DNA of 32,000 bases. Origin: Candidatus Electronema halotolerans (GTDB lineage Bacteria; Desulfobacterota; Desulfobulbia; Desulfobulbales; Desulfobulbaceae). Made by a program: the position numbers and the translations under genes. Shown here piece after piece: positions 9,793-19,190 of this stretch. The stretch lies in contig OW818675.1 in the NCBI GenBank assembly GCA_942493095.1, positions 600,001 through 632,000 on the forward strand. Reading direction: 5' to 3'. Position 1 is the stretch's first letter. Each line of letters starts with the position of its first letter. Under the pieces are notes generated by a model. The model searched no databases. It was not told where the DNA came from and saw only the letters and a program-made list of their open reading frames with translations.

Positions 9793-12210
9793 ATGCGCCG
9801 CATCTGTCTTATTCTCTCTATCTTCCTGTGTATTGCCGCCGGACAAGCATGGACGGCAGAAATCACAAAGATGGAATATTTTTATGATAACGATCCCGGA
9901 TTGGGCAACGGAACCGATCTGGCAATCACGGCTGGTGCAACCGTCACTGTAACAGCCGATCTTCCTCTTCCTGCCAATATCAGTGAAGGTCTGCATCATC
10001 TTTACGTGCGGGCTATGGATTCAGATGCAAATTGGGGTATTTTTCGTGTGCATCCGTTTTATGTTCCTTCACTTCACAGTCTTTCTCCTTTGCCGGATAT
10101 CACGGCCATTGAGTGTTTTATTGATGAGTTGACAGATGAAGGCACTGGTACACAGGTTGTAATCACACCTGGAGCGGAAGTGGAGCAAACCTTCAACATG
10201 GATTTTAATTCTCTGTCAGAAGGGCTGCATTATCTCTATGTCCGGGCCGAAGATTCTCAGGGAATATGGGGCATCGCCAGAGTAACGCCTTTCTATGTTG
10301 TTGATGCCTCAGCCCTTCCAGATATCACGGCTATTGAATATTTCATAGACAATGATCCCGGGCTTGATCTTGCACAAAAGATTTCCATTACTTCCGGCCC
10401 GAATCCAGAAGGAAATCTTGCTCTCGATTTGACAGGGCTGTCAATTGGCACACATACGATCGGAATTCGCGCCGTTAATTCTGCTGGTATATGGAGTGTC
10501 ATCGAGACTGCTCAATTCGAGATTAAGAATGCTTATACTGTGACACCCTCCGCAGGCAGCGGCGGTTCAATAAGTCCAAACACAGCACAGAACGTGGAAG
10601 CCGGCACAACAACGAACTTCACCGTTACCCCAAATACAGGCTTCATAGCTGATTCGGCCGTCGGCGGCACTTGTCCTGCTGGAAGCTGGAGCGGCAGCGT
10701 GTACACCACCGGCGCGGTGACTGCCGACTGCTCGGTGAGCTTCAGCTTCACGCAAAATGCAGTCACCCGCACAGTCACGCCTTCCGCAGGAGCCGGGGGC
10801 AGCGTCAGCCCGACTGCGGCGCAGAAGGTCAATGACGGAGCCAAGGCCAGCTTCACTGTCACCCCGAACGAGGGCTTCACTGCTGATTCCGCCGTCGGCG
10901 GCACTTGTCCTGCTGGAAGCTGGAGCGGCAGCGTGTACACCACCGGCGCGGTGACTGCCGACTGCTCGGTGTCTTTCAGCTTCACGCAAAATGCAGTCAC
11001 CCGCACAGTCACGCCTTCCGCAGGAGCCGGGGGCAGCGTCAGCCCGACTGCGGCGCAGAAGGTCAATGACGGAGCCAAGGCCAGCTTCACTGTCACCCCG
11101 AACGAGGGCTTCACTGCTGATTCCGCCGTCGGCGGCACTTGTCCGTCTGGAAGCTGGAACGGCAGCGTGTACACCACCGGCGCGGTGACTGCCGACTGCT
11201 CGGTGAGCTTCAGCTTCACGCAAAATGCAGTCACCCGCACAGTCACGCCTTCCGCAGGAGCCGGGGGCAGCGTCAGCCCGACTGCGGCGCAGAAGGTCAA
11301 TGACGGAGCCAAGGCCAGCTTCACTGTCACCCCGAACGAGGGCTTCACTGCTGATTCCGCCGTCGGCGGCACTTGTCCGTCTGGAAGCTGGAACGGCAGC
11401 GTGTACACCACCGGCGCGGTGACTGCCGACTGCTCGGTGTCTTTCAGCTTCACGCAAAATGCAGTCACCCGCACAGTCACGCCTTCCGCAGGAGCCGGGG
11501 GCAGCGTCAGCCCGACTGCGGCGCAGAAGGTCAATGACGGAGCCAAGGCCAGCTTCACTGTCACCCCGAACGAGGGCTTCACTGCTGATTCCGCCGTCGG
11601 CGGCACTTGTCCTGCTGGAAGCTGGAACGGCAGCGTGTACACCACCGGCGCGGTGACTGCCGACTGCTCGGTGAGCTTCAGCTTCACGCAAAATGCAGTC
11701 ACCCGCACAGTCACGCCTTCCGCAGGAGCCGGGGGCAGCGTCAGCCCGACTGCGGCGCAGAAGGTCAATGACGGAGCCAAGGCCAGCTTCACTGTCACCC
11801 CGAACGAGGGCTTCACTGCTGATTCCGCCGTCGGCGGCACTTGTCCGTCTGGAAGCTGGAACGGCAGCGTGTACACCACCGGCGCGGTGACTGCCGACTG
11901 CTCGGTGAGCTTCAGCTTCACGCAAAATGCAGTCACCCGCACAGTCACGCCTTCCGCAGGAGCCGGGGGCAGCGTCAGCCCGACTGCGGCGCAGAAGGTC
12001 AATGACGGAGCCAAGGCCAGCTTCACTGTCACCCCGAACGAGGGCTTCACTGCTGATTCCGCCGTCGGCGGCACTTGTCCGTCTGGAAGCTGGAACGGCA
12101 GCGTGTACACCACCGGCGCAGTGACTGCCGACTGCTCGGTGAGCTTCAGCTTCACACAAAAATTGACAGGTTCCGCAAAGCCTGCTATTTGGTTGCTGCT
12201 GAAGAAGTAA
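9793..12210 (+). CDS. repetitive secreted/surface protein
   Basis: 805 aa. It starts 12 nt after the previous gene, with a GGGGGA SD and signal peptide MRRICLILSIFLCIAAGQAWTA. Three diverged units of about 90 aa share (E/A)I(E)YF(Y/I)DNDPGL...GLH.LYVRA.DS.G.WG. Seven 78-aa units follow (TVTPSAGAGGSVSPTAAQKVNDGAKASFTVTPNEGFTADSAVGGTCP.GSW.GSVYTTGAVTADCSVSFSFTQ). These resemble divergent InlB-B-type repeats. Confidence 0.85.
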   Translation: MRRICLILSIFLCIAAGQAWTAEITKMEYFYDNDPGLGNGTDLAITAGATVTVTADLPLPANISEGLHHLYVRAMDSDANWGIFRVHPFYVPSLHSLSPLPDITAIECFIDELTDEGTGTQVVITPGAEVEQTFNMDFNSLSEGLHYLYVRAEDSQGIWGIARVTPFYVVDASALPDITAIEYFIDNDPGLDLAQKISITSGPNPEGNLALDLTGLSIGTHTIGIRAVNSAGIWSVIETAQFEIKNAYTVTPSAGSGGSISPNTAQNVEAGTTTNFTVTPNTGFIADSAVGGTCPAGSWSGSVYTTGAVTADCSVSFSFTQNAVTRTVTPSAGAGGSVSPTAAQKVNDGAKASFTVTPNEGFTADSAVGGTCPAGSWSGSVYTTGAVTADCSVSFSFTQNAVTRTVTPSAGAGGSVSPTAAQKVNDGAKASFTVTPNEGFTADSAVGGTCPSGSWNGSVYTTGAVTADCSVSFSFTQNAVTRTVTPSAGAGGSVSPTAAQKVNDGAKASFTVTPNEGFTADSAVGGTCPSGSWNGSVYTTGAVTADCSVSFSFTQNAVTRTVTPSAGAGGSVSPTAAQKVNDGAKASFTVTPNEGFTADSAVGGTCPAGSWNGSVYTTGAVTADCSVSFSFTQNAVTRTVTPSAGAGGSVSPTAAQKVNDGAKASFTVTPNEGFTADSAVGGTCPSGSWNGSVYTTGAVTADCSVSFSFTQNAVTRTVTPSAGAGGSVSPTAAQKVNDGAKASFTVTPNEGFTADSAVGGTCPSGSWNGSVYTTGAVTADCSVSFSFTQKLTGSAKPAIWLLLKK
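10519..12157. repeat. tandem repeat, period 234 bp, 7 units (6 near-identical)
   Basis: Unit starts fall at about 10519, 10753, 10987, 11221, 11455, 11689 and 11923. This matches the identical ORF-track fragments spaced 234 bp apart (10757, 10991 ... 11927). The first unit is diverged in its 5' half only. Confidence 0.95.
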
Positions 12211-12236
12211 ATTTTATTTCACCGAAGCGAAAGGAA

Positions 12237-12270
12237 GGGGTTGCAACAAGATGCAACCCCTTTTGTTTTT
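12237..12270 (+). terminator. intrinsic terminator after the repeat-protein gene
   Basis: GGGGTTGCA-acaaga-TGCAACCCC forms a 9-bp perfect stem (12237-12260). It is followed by TTTTGTTTTT (12261-12270). Confidence 0.85.
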
Positions 12271-12442
12271 CAGATTGTCTATATGAAAACAACTGTAAGA
12301 TATATTTCGTATTTTTTATTAAACACCGTAATTGACCGCTTGATCGACACACTTACATTCTTCGGGTAATTTCGAGCAAGAAGGGCCGGTTGTTACTTGA
12401 CAAACAGACTGGCGCACGGTTAGCTGAAGGACAATCGCAATC

Positions 12443-15400
12443 ATGCTGAACAAAGGGGTGGAGCCGGTGAAAAAAAAGAAACTGCTTCTTGTCGCAGGAG
12501 GTGCTGTAGCATTGCTGGCAATCAGTCTGCTGGTATTGCCGCCGCTCCTGCTTTCTTCCAATTGGGTACGGGGCCTTGTGCTCGGCAAAGTCAACCGCAG
12601 CATTCCGGGCGAACTGGCTGCGGAACGTTGCAGCATTGGCTGGCAGCAGGGCACTCAATGCTCTGGAGTGGTCTATAGCGACTCCGGGCAGGGCCTGCGC
12701 TTGGATATTGGCGAACTGCGCCTCAACCGGGGCCTCTGGCCGCTCCTGACCGCACCGGAAGACCTTGGCGAAATTGTTCTCGACAGACCGGAACTGCTGC
12801 TGACCCTCAAACCTGCTTCGCCGGAGCAGCCAGCGGCTCAGACGGCAGATGCTGCTGATCAGCCAGCAGTTGAAAAAAAGGCCGGGGCAGACAAGGGCCA
12901 GTCTGCGGAAACTGCGGCTGCTCCAAAGGAGAGCAGCGATTTCCTGGGTAAAATGAAAGCGCGGCTGACTGTCCGTGAGGCAGCGGTCAAAGTTGCCCAA
13001 GACGGAAAAACGCCGCAGCTTTTTCTCAGCAACGGCGCACTGCGGGCGGATGTGCAGGCCGGGCAGGTCCAGTTTGAGCTGACTGCGGCGGACGGGCAGC
13101 AAGGCCAAGCGCAAGTTTCCGGCTCGGCCAAGCTGGCCGAACTTGTTCACGGCGGCTTGGCAGGCGCGGATATCCAAGCCAAGCTCACGGAAGTGCAGGC
13201 CCGGCCTTTTCTTGCTTTAAATCCGGGGGCGCAGGGCCTGCCCCAAGGCAGCGGCAAGCTCTCCGCAGACATCAAAATCATTGGCACGGCAGACGGTTCC
13301 TTGAATCTGAGCGGCCCAGCTTCGTTGACCGATGTTGATCTGACTGGCGGGGTTTTGGGCGGCGATCATCCCCGGTTCAGCCAGCTTGCCGTTGATCTGG
13401 AGGCCAAACAGGAGAGCAGCGGCTGGCAGTTGCCGGTCTTGAAAGCAGTGTCAGATTTCGGCAGCCTGAATATCCAGAGCCGCAGCAGCGACAGCGGTTT
13501 TCAGGCAAACGGCGAGGGCAAGATTGATCTGGCCCTGCTCTTGGCCCAGTTTCCGCACTTGTTCAAAATCCGCGATGATCTGCGCCTTGACCGGGGCGAG
13601 CTGAACATCACCGTTGATTTGGCCAAGGAGGGCGACCAGCTGCGCATCAACGCAGATGCGGCGGTGGACAGCTTGGCCGGGCGGCAGAATGGCGAGGCCT
13701 TTGCCTGGGACAGCCCTCTGACCGTGCGCGTGGTCGGCAGCTTGGCTGACAAGGAGCCTGAAGTGGAAAACTTGGTCTTCAGCGCGCCCTTTCTTAATCT
13801 GGAAGGCCAAGGCAATCTGCGCCAGTTTTCCTTGAACGGGCGGGCGGATTTGGACGCGGCCATGCGGGAGGTCAACCGGATTTTCCGCTTTGACTGGGAT
13901 GCGGGCGGCAAGCTCCAGCTTCAGGTCCAGCTCGCCAAAGATGAGCAAGACCGCTACGAAATCAATGCCAAGGCCGAGATTGCTGACAGCCGTCTCTCGC
14001 ACAAGGGCAAGGAGATTCTGCCTTCCTGCGCAACCACCTTCAGCGGCAGTCTGAGCACTCCCGGCCAAATCCCGGAAAGCAGCAATAACACGGCGGAACT
14101 GACCTTTGACCTCTCCTCTTGGCCAGGCAAAATCAGCGGCACCTTGGACGGGCTGTACCGGAAAAATGGCAAAATTTCTTCCGGCTATCAGGTGCAAGCC
14201 AAGCTGCTGCTGGGCCGGGTGGTTGAACTGCTGCACAAATTCGAGGTCATGGACCAAGAACAGAGCTTGGCAGGCGATATGGACTTCAATGCCTCCGGCT
14301 ACACTGAGGACAATCGCGTGGTGCTGCGCAGTTTGGACAGCCGGATCAAAGATTTCATTCTTTACCGGAACGGCAAGATTGTCCGCGATCCTGACCTGCG
14401 CCTTGCCACCCTGCGGGCTGAGGAGGCGGAGCAGGCTGTGCGGCCTTTGATCGAGGCGGACAGCAGGACTGCCTTTTTTGCTGACGGCGGCGGCTACAGT
14501 CTGATTGATCCGGCAGCGCACCGGCTGATTCTGCGTGATCTCGACTTTTCCTCCGACTTTGCTGGCTTCAAACTGCATCTGCTGGCAATGGATGACTGGC
14601 AGCATCAGCCCCTGCCTGCCTTGAAAACCTTGCAAATTGAGGGTGATTCGCAGTTGGACAAGCTGGCTGATCTGCTCCGCCAGCTCGACGTGATGGTGCC
14701 GGAGCAGAAGCTGGGCGGCGCGGCTGAGTTCGCAGTTGATCTGACCGAGCAGGGCAGCATTCCGGGCAGCGGCACGGCAGGCAGCAGCGGCACAGTGGCT
14801 GTTGATTTGGACCGTTTTTTCTACGGCAAAGAGGGCAGCGTTTTGGCGGCCAAGGAAAAGGTGGAATTTCGCAGCAGGCTGCACGGCGATCTTGCTGCCG
14901 GAGACATTTATTTCACCACCTTTGATTTGCAATCCTATCCCCTGTCCATGCAATCCAACGGCAGGTTGGAGCTGACCAGCAAGATGCCGCATCTCTCTCT
15001 GGAGGGCGCGGCCACGCCTGATTTTGCCGCTGTGATCGCCGTGCTCAACGGCATGTATCCGCTTGGCATCAGCGCGGCAGGCGGGAAAAAGGAAAAGTTC
15101 AGCCTCTATTTTCCGTTCACGGAAAAGCGGCAGGCCGAGCTGAAATTCGCCGCCCGCTTCCATGCCGACAGTTTTGCCAAGTCCGGGATCAAGGTCAGCA
15201 ATCTTGATGCGGACACAGGCATGAAAGAAGGGGTGATCAGCACCGCCTTGCAGGGCAGCCTGAACGGCGGCACGGTGCAGCTCTCGCCCAAAATTGACTA
15301 CACCAAGAATCCGCCCCTGCTCAGTCTGCCAGAGCCGGAACAGGTCTTGGACAAGGTCGGCTTGGCAGACACCCTGACCAACGGCCTGCTCAAAAGCATT

Positions 15401-15997
15401 CATCCCCTGCTCGGCGCATTGGCCAAACCGGCTGGCATGATCAGTGTCAAGGCGGAGCGGTTCTCCATGCCAGTCGGTGGCAAGGGACTGGAGCAGGCTG
15501 ATTTCAGCCTTCATTTTGATCTGGCGAGCGTGGTGCTGGAGCCTGCCAATGCCTTGGCTGGAATATTGGAGATTGCCGGACTCAGCGGCCAGCCGCTCAA
15601 TCTGAAAGAAAAAACAATGGACTGCGAAGGCAAGAAAGGCCGGATTTCCTGCTCGCCAATCAAGATCACCATTGCTGATTCAGAAATGGTTCTCAGCGGC
15701 ACGGCTGGCTTTGACGGCAGTTTGGATTATCTCCTTGAAGTGCCGGTGACGAAAAATTTAGTCGGCAAGAAGGGCTATGAGCTGCTCAAGGGCGCAACCC
15801 TGAAAGTGCCGATCAAAGGCACCAAGGACAAGCCAGTGTATAACCCGGATGCCCTGATGCAGGCCGCCTCTGATCTGCTCCGGCAGGCGGCGGGCCATGC
15901 GGCAAAACAGGCAGTGCAGGAGCAGGTGGAAAAGATTGTCCCCAAAGAGGTGCTGCCTGCGCTGCCCGGCCTGCTGGACGGATTCTTGGGACGATGA
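12443..15997 (+). CDS. large envelope protein with N-terminal membrane anchor, AsmA/TamB-like
   Basis: 1184 aa with a GAAGGA SD. The N-terminal anchor is KKKKLLLVAGGAVALLAISLLVLPPLLL, followed by a long beta-rich body of normal composition. It ends in an ATGA overlap with crcB. The family assignment rests on architecture only. Confidence 0.6.
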   Translation: MLNKGVEPVKKKKLLLVAGGAVALLAISLLVLPPLLLSSNWVRGLVLGKVNRSIPGELAAERCSIGWQQGTQCSGVVYSDSGQGLRLDIGELRLNRGLWPLLTAPEDLGEIVLDRPELLLTLKPASPEQPAAQTADAADQPAVEKKAGADKGQSAETAAAPKESSDFLGKMKARLTVREAAVKVAQDGKTPQLFLSNGALRADVQAGQVQFELTAADGQQGQAQVSGSAKLAELVHGGLAGADIQAKLTEVQARPFLALNPGAQGLPQGSGKLSADIKIIGTADGSLNLSGPASLTDVDLTGGVLGGDHPRFSQLAVDLEAKQESSGWQLPVLKAVSDFGSLNIQSRSSDSGFQANGEGKIDLALLLAQFPHLFKIRDDLRLDRGELNITVDLAKEGDQLRINADAAVDSLAGRQNGEAFAWDSPLTVRVVGSLADKEPEVENLVFSAPFLNLEGQGNLRQFSLNGRADLDAAMREVNRIFRFDWDAGGKLQLQVQLAKDEQDRYEINAKAEIADSRLSHKGKEILPSCATTFSGSLSTPGQIPESSNNTAELTFDLSSWPGKISGTLDGLYRKNGKISSGYQVQAKLLLGRVVELLHKFEVMDQEQSLAGDMDFNASGYTEDNRVVLRSLDSRIKDFILYRNGKIVRDPDLRLATLRAEEAEQAVRPLIEADSRTAFFADGGGYSLIDPAAHRLILRDLDFSSDFAGFKLHLLAMDDWQHQPLPALKTLQIEGDSQLDKLADLLRQLDVMVPEQKLGGAAEFAVDLTEQGSIPGSGTAGSSGTVAVDLDRFFYGKEGSVLAAKEKVEFRSRLHGDLAAGDIYFTTFDLQSYPLSMQSNGRLELTSKMPHLSLEGAATPDFAAVIAVLNGMYPLGISAAGGKKEKFSLYFPFTEKRQAELKFAARFHADSFAKSGIKVSNLDADTGMKEGVISTALQGSLNGGTVQLSPKIDYTKNPPLLSLPEPEQVLDKVGLADTLTNGLLKSIHPLLGALAKPAGMISVKAERFSMPVGGKGLEQADFSLHFDLASVVLEPANALAGILEIAGLSGQPLNLKEKTMDCEGKKGRISCSPIKITIADSEMVLSGTAGFDGSLDYLLEVPVTKNLVGKKGYELLKGATLKVPIKGTKDKPVYNPDALMQAASDLLRQAAGHAAKQAVQEQVEKIVPKEVLPALPGLLDGFLGR

Positions 15998-16389
15998 ACA
16001 GTACAAATCTGTTCCGCCTCCTCCTTATCGGTGGGGGCGGCTTTGTCGGCGCAGTGCTGCGCTTCTTTGTCAGCACGTGGGTGCAGGCCCGATCCGGCTC
16101 AATTGCCTATCCCTTTGGCACCTTGAGCGTCAACATGATCGGCTGCCTGCTGATCGGCTTTCTCAGCGCGCTGGCCGAGAACCGCTCCTTGTTTTCTGCC
16201 GAACTGCGCGGTTTTCTCCTTGCCGGACTGCTCGGAGCCTTCACTACTTTTTCCACCTTCAGCAACGATACCCTGAACCTGCTTCGCGACGGACGGATAG
16301 ACTTGGCCATGCTCAATGCCGGATCACAGGTTGTTTTCGGGGTGTTGTTTGTCTGGTTGGGTCGAATCATGGCAGGAGTTCTGAGTTGA
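15994..16389 (+). CDS. crcB: fluoride ion channel CrcB/FluC
   Basis: 131 aa with four hydrophobic segments. Family motifs are present: GGGFVGAVLRF, PFGTLSVNMIGCLLIG and GAFTTFSTFS. Confidence 0.9.
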   Translation: MNSTNLFRLLLIGGGGFVGAVLRFFVSTWVQARSGSIAYPFGTLSVNMIGCLLIGFLSALAENRSLFSAELRGFLLAGLLGAFTTFSTFSNDTLNLLRDGRIDLAMLNAGSQVVFGVLFVWLGRIMAGVLS

Positions 16390-16482
16390 TTTTCCAAAAG
16401 GGGACAGGCAAAAGAAGGACAAAATCGTGAAGAGGCGCAGGCATGGTTGCTGAACTGCTGACAACGAAGAGGAGTTGAGAGA

Positions 16483-19137
16483 ATGTTATCGGCTTTATTA
16501 GGGCAATATCTTGCGAAAAAGGCGGTGCAGAAAATAATCATCAACGCTGTATTCAGCGGCGCATTATCTTTGCTGAATCGGGATGCTCTGAACAAGGCAA
16601 TGAAGGAAGTAATCAAAGAACTTTTTGATCTGCTGGAATATGAACTTGGTCTTGACGAAGATACAGATACTGAAGAACTGATTCCAATTCGTCGGGCAGT
16701 TGATGCCTTCCTTGAGCAAGAGGCAGTGCAGCAGGCCATCATTTCTTTGCTCAAAGAACCGCAGTATCAGCTTGATGCCACAATTCTTGCTCAAGCATGG
16801 CAGGATGTTCAGGATGCGCCTGTGTTGCCGGAAGATTTCTCATGGCAGCGGATTAGCAAACATTTCAGCAAAAAGGCCAAGAAAATCCGCGACAGCATCC
16901 CGGAGCTGAAGGCTATCTTTGCCCAAGAACTGGCAGCTCAAGCAGACAAGGCCGTTGCAGACAACCTTGGCCCGCAGCCTGATTTTGATCTTGAAATCTA
17001 TGCCAAAGCATTGCTGGAGAAATTCGGCAGGCCGGGCAGTCTGGCTTTAGCAAGCGTTGATCTTGACGGCCCGGCGTATGATGCTGTCCGGCTCTGGCAG
17101 GTCTTTGTGCCGCAGTCGGTGCGGGAATGCGAGAAATTTCAGCCTCGGCATCTCGAACAGCCCAAAGGCGAGGAAGAGCGGCCAGAACGGCTGCGCCCGT
17201 ATTTTGATCAGCAGCCGCGCCCGGTGCTGGAAGTCTGCGCGGATCAGCAGCTTGAACGGATTGTCCTTCTTGGCGATCCCGGCTCCGGCAAATCCTCGCT
17301 GCTCCGCTTTCTCGCCTTGGAATGGGCGCGGGACAGCGACCCGAATCACCGCGCCCTTGCCCCGGTGCCGCTGCTGATTGAACTGCGTGAATACCACAGC
17401 AAACGCAGGCAGGGCGAGTGCAGCGACAGTTTTCTCAGCTACCTGCACAAGGCGTACTCGCTGCACCGCTTCAACCAGAATGCCCTTGCTGATTTGCTGA
17501 AAAGCAGGCCGGGCCGTTTTCTGCTCCTCTTGGACGGCCTTGACGAAATCTTTGACCGGCAGGAGCGCGAGCAGGTCATCAGCGACATCCATCGTTTCAG
17601 CAACGAATACAAAGGAGTGCGGATAATTGTCACTTCACGGGTGGTGGGCTATGAGGCGCACCGGCTCCGTGATGCCGAGTTCCGCGACTTCATGCTGCAA
17701 GATTTTGATGAAGAGCAGATTGAGGAATTTCTCAAGCTCTGGCACCAGATCACTTTCAGCGACCAAGAGGAGGTGGAGCGCAAGCGGCAGCGGCTGGCCA
17801 AGGCAATCGCCGATTCGCGGCCCATCAAGCTGCTGGCACGCAATCCGCTCCTGCTTACTCTGATGGCGATCATCAACCGTCATGAGGAATTGCCCAAAAA
17901 TAGGTTTGAACTTTACGAGAAAGCGGCCAAGCTGCTTCTCCAGAATTGGGACACGAAACGGCATTTGCAGGATTATCCCGGCCTGAGCGCGGAGATTGAT
18001 TTGCGGGCCAAGTCCGCAATCCTTCGCAAAGTGGCTCTGTACATGCAGACAGCTAACGACAAGGCAGCAAACCTGATTGAGGGCGAGCAGCTTGTCGGGC
18101 TACTTGAGGAATATCTGCACGATGAGCTGCGTTTCAGCCAAGCCCGTGCGGCGGCCAATGCTTTGGTTGAGCAGTTGCGGGAGCGCAATTTTATCCTCTG
18201 CTGGCTCGGCGGCGACAGCTATGCTTTTGTTCACCGCACCTTTTTGGAATATTTCTGCGCGGCTGAATATGTGCATCAGTTTGAGAAGAAACGCAGTCTG
18301 AGTCTTGATGATTTGTTGGCAGTGTATGATGCGCATTGCCGCGAGGACGACTGGCAGGAAGTGCTGCGCTTGATCTGCGGCCAGCTTGAGGAACACAAGG
18401 TTGATAATGAATGGATTGTCGAAAAAATTATTGAGCATTTGACCGCGCGGGTGGATTTGGAGAAGTGGGACAAAGAAACTCCGCTGCCTGAGTTAGCATT
18501 GGCAGTTTGGTGTTTGAGCGAGGTCAAAAATATAAATCTGATTGATGAAACAACAGGTGGAAAGTTACTGTTGAAAGTCTTTGACTTCTTCTTCATAGAA
18601 GAAAAGACGGATAATAGCTATGAGTTGTTTGTCGCTGCTAAAACTGTTGGAGAAAGATGGCCTGGGAAGAATATATTTCAGTTTGACGGCTTGTTCCCAG
18701 AGCAGAAAGAGAGGCCATATAGTATATATATTAGATGGTTTCAATTATTGGCGCATATTTTTCGTTGTCGGCAGTGGATAGAAAAATTTATTAATTCTGA
18801 TGATATAGAAATAAAAGAATCGTGTATTGCTATTATCTTGCAACATTGGCGTGATGACAGAACACATAAGATGCTTGTCAATGCTATGCAGGATAAAGAT
18901 ATTTCCGTCAGGCAAATTGCATTTTTTTCTTTTGTGGAATTCTTTCTATATGAAAAACTCCAAGGATCCGGTATTCCCCCAGACAAAATAGACGAGGCTG
19001 TGTGTTCGCTTTCAGCGGACATAATAGCGCACATAGTGCGCTCGCTTTCAGCGCACATAACAGACGAGGCTGTGCGTTCGCTTTCAGCGCACATGGGCTG
19101 GGACATCACCAAGGGCAGTTTGGCCGAGAAGCTGTAG
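16483..19137 (+). CDS. NACHT-domain STAND NTPase with helical N-terminal region and HEAT-like C-terminal repeats
   Basis: 884 aa with a GAGGAG SD. Walker A is RIVLLGDPGSGKSSLL (aa about 259-274). Walker B is FLLLLDGLDEIF (aa about 346-357). RIIVTSR is also present. The C-terminus has HEAT-like units (ILQHWRDDRTHKMLVNAMQDKDISVRQIAFFSF) and ends in three 12-aa repeats. The last 700 bp or so are visibly AT-rich. Confidence 0.85.
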   Translation: MLSALLGQYLAKKAVQKIIINAVFSGALSLLNRDALNKAMKEVIKELFDLLEYELGLDEDTDTEELIPIRRAVDAFLEQEAVQQAIISLLKEPQYQLDATILAQAWQDVQDAPVLPEDFSWQRISKHFSKKAKKIRDSIPELKAIFAQELAAQADKAVADNLGPQPDFDLEIYAKALLEKFGRPGSLALASVDLDGPAYDAVRLWQVFVPQSVRECEKFQPRHLEQPKGEEERPERLRPYFDQQPRPVLEVCADQQLERIVLLGDPGSGKSSLLRFLALEWARDSDPNHRALAPVPLLIELREYHSKRRQGECSDSFLSYLHKAYSLHRFNQNALADLLKSRPGRFLLLLDGLDEIFDRQEREQVISDIHRFSNEYKGVRIIVTSRVVGYEAHRLRDAEFRDFMLQDFDEEQIEEFLKLWHQITFSDQEEVERKRQRLAKAIADSRPIKLLARNPLLLTLMAIINRHEELPKNRFELYEKAAKLLLQNWDTKRHLQDYPGLSAEIDLRAKSAILRKVALYMQTANDKAANLIEGEQLVGLLEEYLHDELRFSQARAAANALVEQLRERNFILCWLGGDSYAFVHRTFLEYFCAAEYVHQFEKKRSLSLDDLLAVYDAHCREDDWQEVLRLICGQLEEHKVDNEWIVEKIIEHLTARVDLEKWDKETPLPELALAVWCLSEVKNINLIDETTGGKLLLKVFDFFFIEEKTDNSYELFVAAKTVGERWPGKNIFQFDGLFPEQKERPYSIYIRWFQLLAHIFRCRQWIEKFINSDDIEIKESCIAIILQHWRDDRTHKMLVNAMQDKDISVRQIAFFSFVEFFLYEKLQGSGIPPDKIDEAVCSLSADIIAHIVRSLSAHITDEAVRSLSAHMGWDITKGSLAEKL
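18985..19092. repeat. 3 x 36-bp tandem repeat, each unit containing a hairpin
   Basis: Units lie at 18985-19020, 19021-19056 and 19057-19092. They encode KIDEAVCSLSAD / IIAHIVRSLSAH / ITDEAVRSLSAH. Units 2 and 3 carry the inverted repeat GTGCG(C/T)T-cgctttc-AGCGCAC; unit 1 has a degenerate version (gtgtgtt...agcggac). Confidence 0.9.
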
Positions 19138-19190
19138 CGGCGGGAAAATTTCCATTCCGGTAAAATCAGCATCGAATCTTGTTTGACAGC

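Noticed and set aside
10533-12159. Two long antisense ORFs (540 and 530 aa) and six identical 65-aa sense-strand ORFs inside the 234-bp repeat array
   Set aside because: A stop-free repeat unit copied seven times keeps several frames open automatically. Only the frame of 9793-12210 has a signal peptide, an SD and a domain-like sequence. The other translations are low-complexity (R/A/G/S-rich).
12271-12442. Fluoride riboswitch expected somewhere upstream of crcB
   Set aside because: No crcB-motif core (the conserved GATGATGCCTAC-like 3' element) is visible here or at 15900-16000.
13451-15514. 687-aa antisense ORF inside the AsmA/TamB-like gene
   Set aside because: The translation is Q/A/L/R/H-rich, the mirror image of CTG/GCC-rich sense codons. 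It has no start context and is embedded in a gene with a coherent membrane anchor and translational coupling to crcB. Long antisense frames are expected at this composition.
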